A DNA stretch of 64,000 bases from Spirochaetia bacterium (GTDB lineage Bacteria > Spirochaetota > Spirochaetia > SZUA-6 > Bin103), in contig CBDBDQ010000005.1 in assembly GCA_965203905.1 (NCBI GenBank), positions 1,184,001 through 1,248,000 of the forward strand, read 5' to 3'. A model generated the notes under the pieces. It saw nothing but the letters and a program-made list of their open reading frames with translations, searched no databases and was not told the origin of the DNA. A program made the translations under genes and the position numbers. Positions 62,382-64,000 of this stretch are shown here, piece by piece; position 1 is the first letter of the stretch, and each line of letters begins with the position of its first letter.

Positions 62382-63254
62382 CGCGAGGTGAAGCAGTTGT
62401 TGGCCGGGGTGGCTCCCGAGCTGGCGCCGCAGGCCGATCGCATGCGCGCGCTGGGCGAGGGCCGCTGGGAGCTGAAGGTGGTGATCGACGCCGCGTGTCA
62501 GCGCGGGATCAAGCAGCTACGGGCACTGCTGTCGCACGTGGACCCGCACCTGACGCTGGGGCAGCTCGTGGAGCGGCTGGTGCAGGACGGCCTGGAGCGC
62601 TACGACCCGGGGCGGCCGCCGCGCGGGACAGAGGTGGGGCGCCGGGAGGCAAGCGCGGGCCGGGCGCCGGAGCCGAAGGCGCAGCAAGGGCCGGCGGGCG
62701 GGGCAACTTTGCCAGCGAAGCCGGGCACGCAAGAGCAACCCCGAGTGCCGCCGACGCCGGGGGGCACGAGCGCCGGTGGCAGTCCCCCGCGCCGCCAGCG
62801 CTGTCCGCAGAGGAATGCGCCCGCGGGATTGGCGACGCCAGCACCTCGGCGGTGGCAGCGCTGCCCGCGCCGCCGTCAGGACGCGAGACGTGCGGTGGCA
62901 GCACCCGCGGTGAGTGCCAAGCCAGCGGCGGCGACCGGTACCGCTACTTCGGCAGCGAATTGTGTGGCCGATCGTGGGTCCCACGCCCCCGTACCGACGC
63001 CGCCGGCTGACCAGACCTTCCGACCGCGCGGGCAGCGGCGGATCGCGGTCGCAACGCTGCTTCGCCAGCGAAGCGGGCAGGGGTGGCGCTGCGGGCAGGG
63101 GCGTCGCTGCGGGTCCCGCTTCCTGCTGGAGCTCGACCACATCGTTCCCTTCGCGCTTGGCGGCAGCGCCGAGCCGGGGAACTTGAGGCACTGTTCTGCT
63201 CACCACCGCTTCCGGCATCGGGAGTACGGATCGCCGCCAGACGGGGCCACGTGA
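62382..63254 (+). pseudogene. 5'-truncated, degenerate HNH endonuclease copy
   Basis: Begins at REVKQLLAGVAPEL; internal indels; ends LELDHIVP...HH..SPPDGAT. Confidence 0.8.
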
Positions 63255-63354
63255 TCGGCGCTCGCCGAGGTGCGAGTTGGGCGGTTGGGCGTCGGTCCGA
63301 GGGCAGCGGGAGCAACGATCTGCAGCCGGCTTGTCGCGCAGCGTGGGATAGTCC

Positions 63355-63930
63355 TCACGGGAACAGAGCTGCCAGCACCCTCTGCATCACGGGAACCAGG
63401 ATCGTCGCGGCTACCAGAACGGTCAGCAGCCAGCGGGTCTGTACGGTGATCTCCTTGCGCACCTCGCCGACCTCCTTGCGCACCTCGCCGATCTCCTTCG
63501 TGAGGTCCGCCCGCACATCGGCGATCTCCTCCGTGAGGTCCGCCCGCACATCGGCGATCTCCTTGCGCGCGTCGCCGATCTCCTTCGTGAGGTCCACCCG
63601 CACATTGGCGATCTCCTCCGTGAGGTCCACCCGCACATTGGCGATCTCCTTGCCCAAGTTGCCGATCTGTTCCTGGTGCTCAAGGAACTGTTTCTGCACG
63701 CCCATGAAGCCGGCGTGCATCTCATCCCGCACCGCCTTGAAACCGGTGTGCATCTCGCCACGCACCGCCTCGTCCGAGTCCGCAACCCCGCGCGCAAAGC
63801 GCTCCTCTACCACGCTTATCAGCTCTTCGCGCTGGTCGCGGCCAAACTCATGCAGCAGCTCCACCAGCGAATCGGTGGCCGCCTCGCCCAGCCTCTCGCG
63901 CAACTCACGTCGTACGGAGATCACCGCCAT
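63355..63930 (-). CDS. Coiled-coil membrane-anchored protein, copy 3
   Basis: 2 x EMH 11-mers, 4 x (E/K)EIA.VR.DLT 11-mers, 3 x 7-mers, same hydrophobic tail. Confidence 0.8.
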   Translation of the reverse strand: MAVISVRRELRERLGEAATDSLVELLHEFGRDQREELISVVEERFARGVADSDEAVRGEMHTGFKAVRDEMHAGFMGVQKQFLEHQEQIGNLGKEIANVRVDLTEEIANVRVDLTKEIGDARKEIADVRADLTEEIADVRADLTKEIGEVRKEVGEVRKEITVQTRWLLTVLVAATILVPVMQRVLAALFP

Positions 63931-64000
63931 GACCGATCAACCAGCTTATGCGACCGTGCCGGGGCGGTCAACGTGACGCCGCTCGCTCGCTTGCTTGCTC

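Noticed and set aside
26638-63930. Diversity-generating retroelement behind the many near-identical repeats
   Set aside because: No reverse transcriptase seen, and the mismatches examined are not adenine-specific

Overview
High-GC bacterial window with no rRNA, tRNA or CRISPR array seen. The first 15 kb hold a few ordinary metabolic genes (XdhC-family protein, MocA-like nucleotidyltransferase, nucleoside hydrolase, acs, amidohydrolase). These are interrupted by a lower-GC DUF3800 / ABC-ATPase islet and by a complete 4.3-kb four-gene DDE transposon (7071-11376) with 17-bp terminal inverted repeats, a 5-bp GCGGT target duplication and a RepA/AAA_25-type ATPase passenger. The rest is an accessory mosaic dominated by paralogous stand-alone nuclease genes, many of them frameshifted or internally deleted: Uma2, Rpn/YhgA-like, AAA+PD-(D/E)XK (DUF1703-type), coiled-coil+PD-(D/E)XK and DUF222-like HNH. 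It also carries three modular M30-type metallopeptidase lipoproteins (one with a six-bladed YWTD propeller), a tandem pair of HEPN-like paralogs and a membrane patatin. From 48.5 kb to the end an AAA / HNH / coiled-coil unit occurs three times. One copy carries a Uma2 gene bracketed by two MITE-like elements with a 9-bp target duplication, and the empty site is visible in the other two copies. The gene content resembles host-associated (e.g. sponge-symbiont) genomes, but that is inference. Family names come from motif recognition by eye, not database searches. Some frameshifts could be assembly indels.
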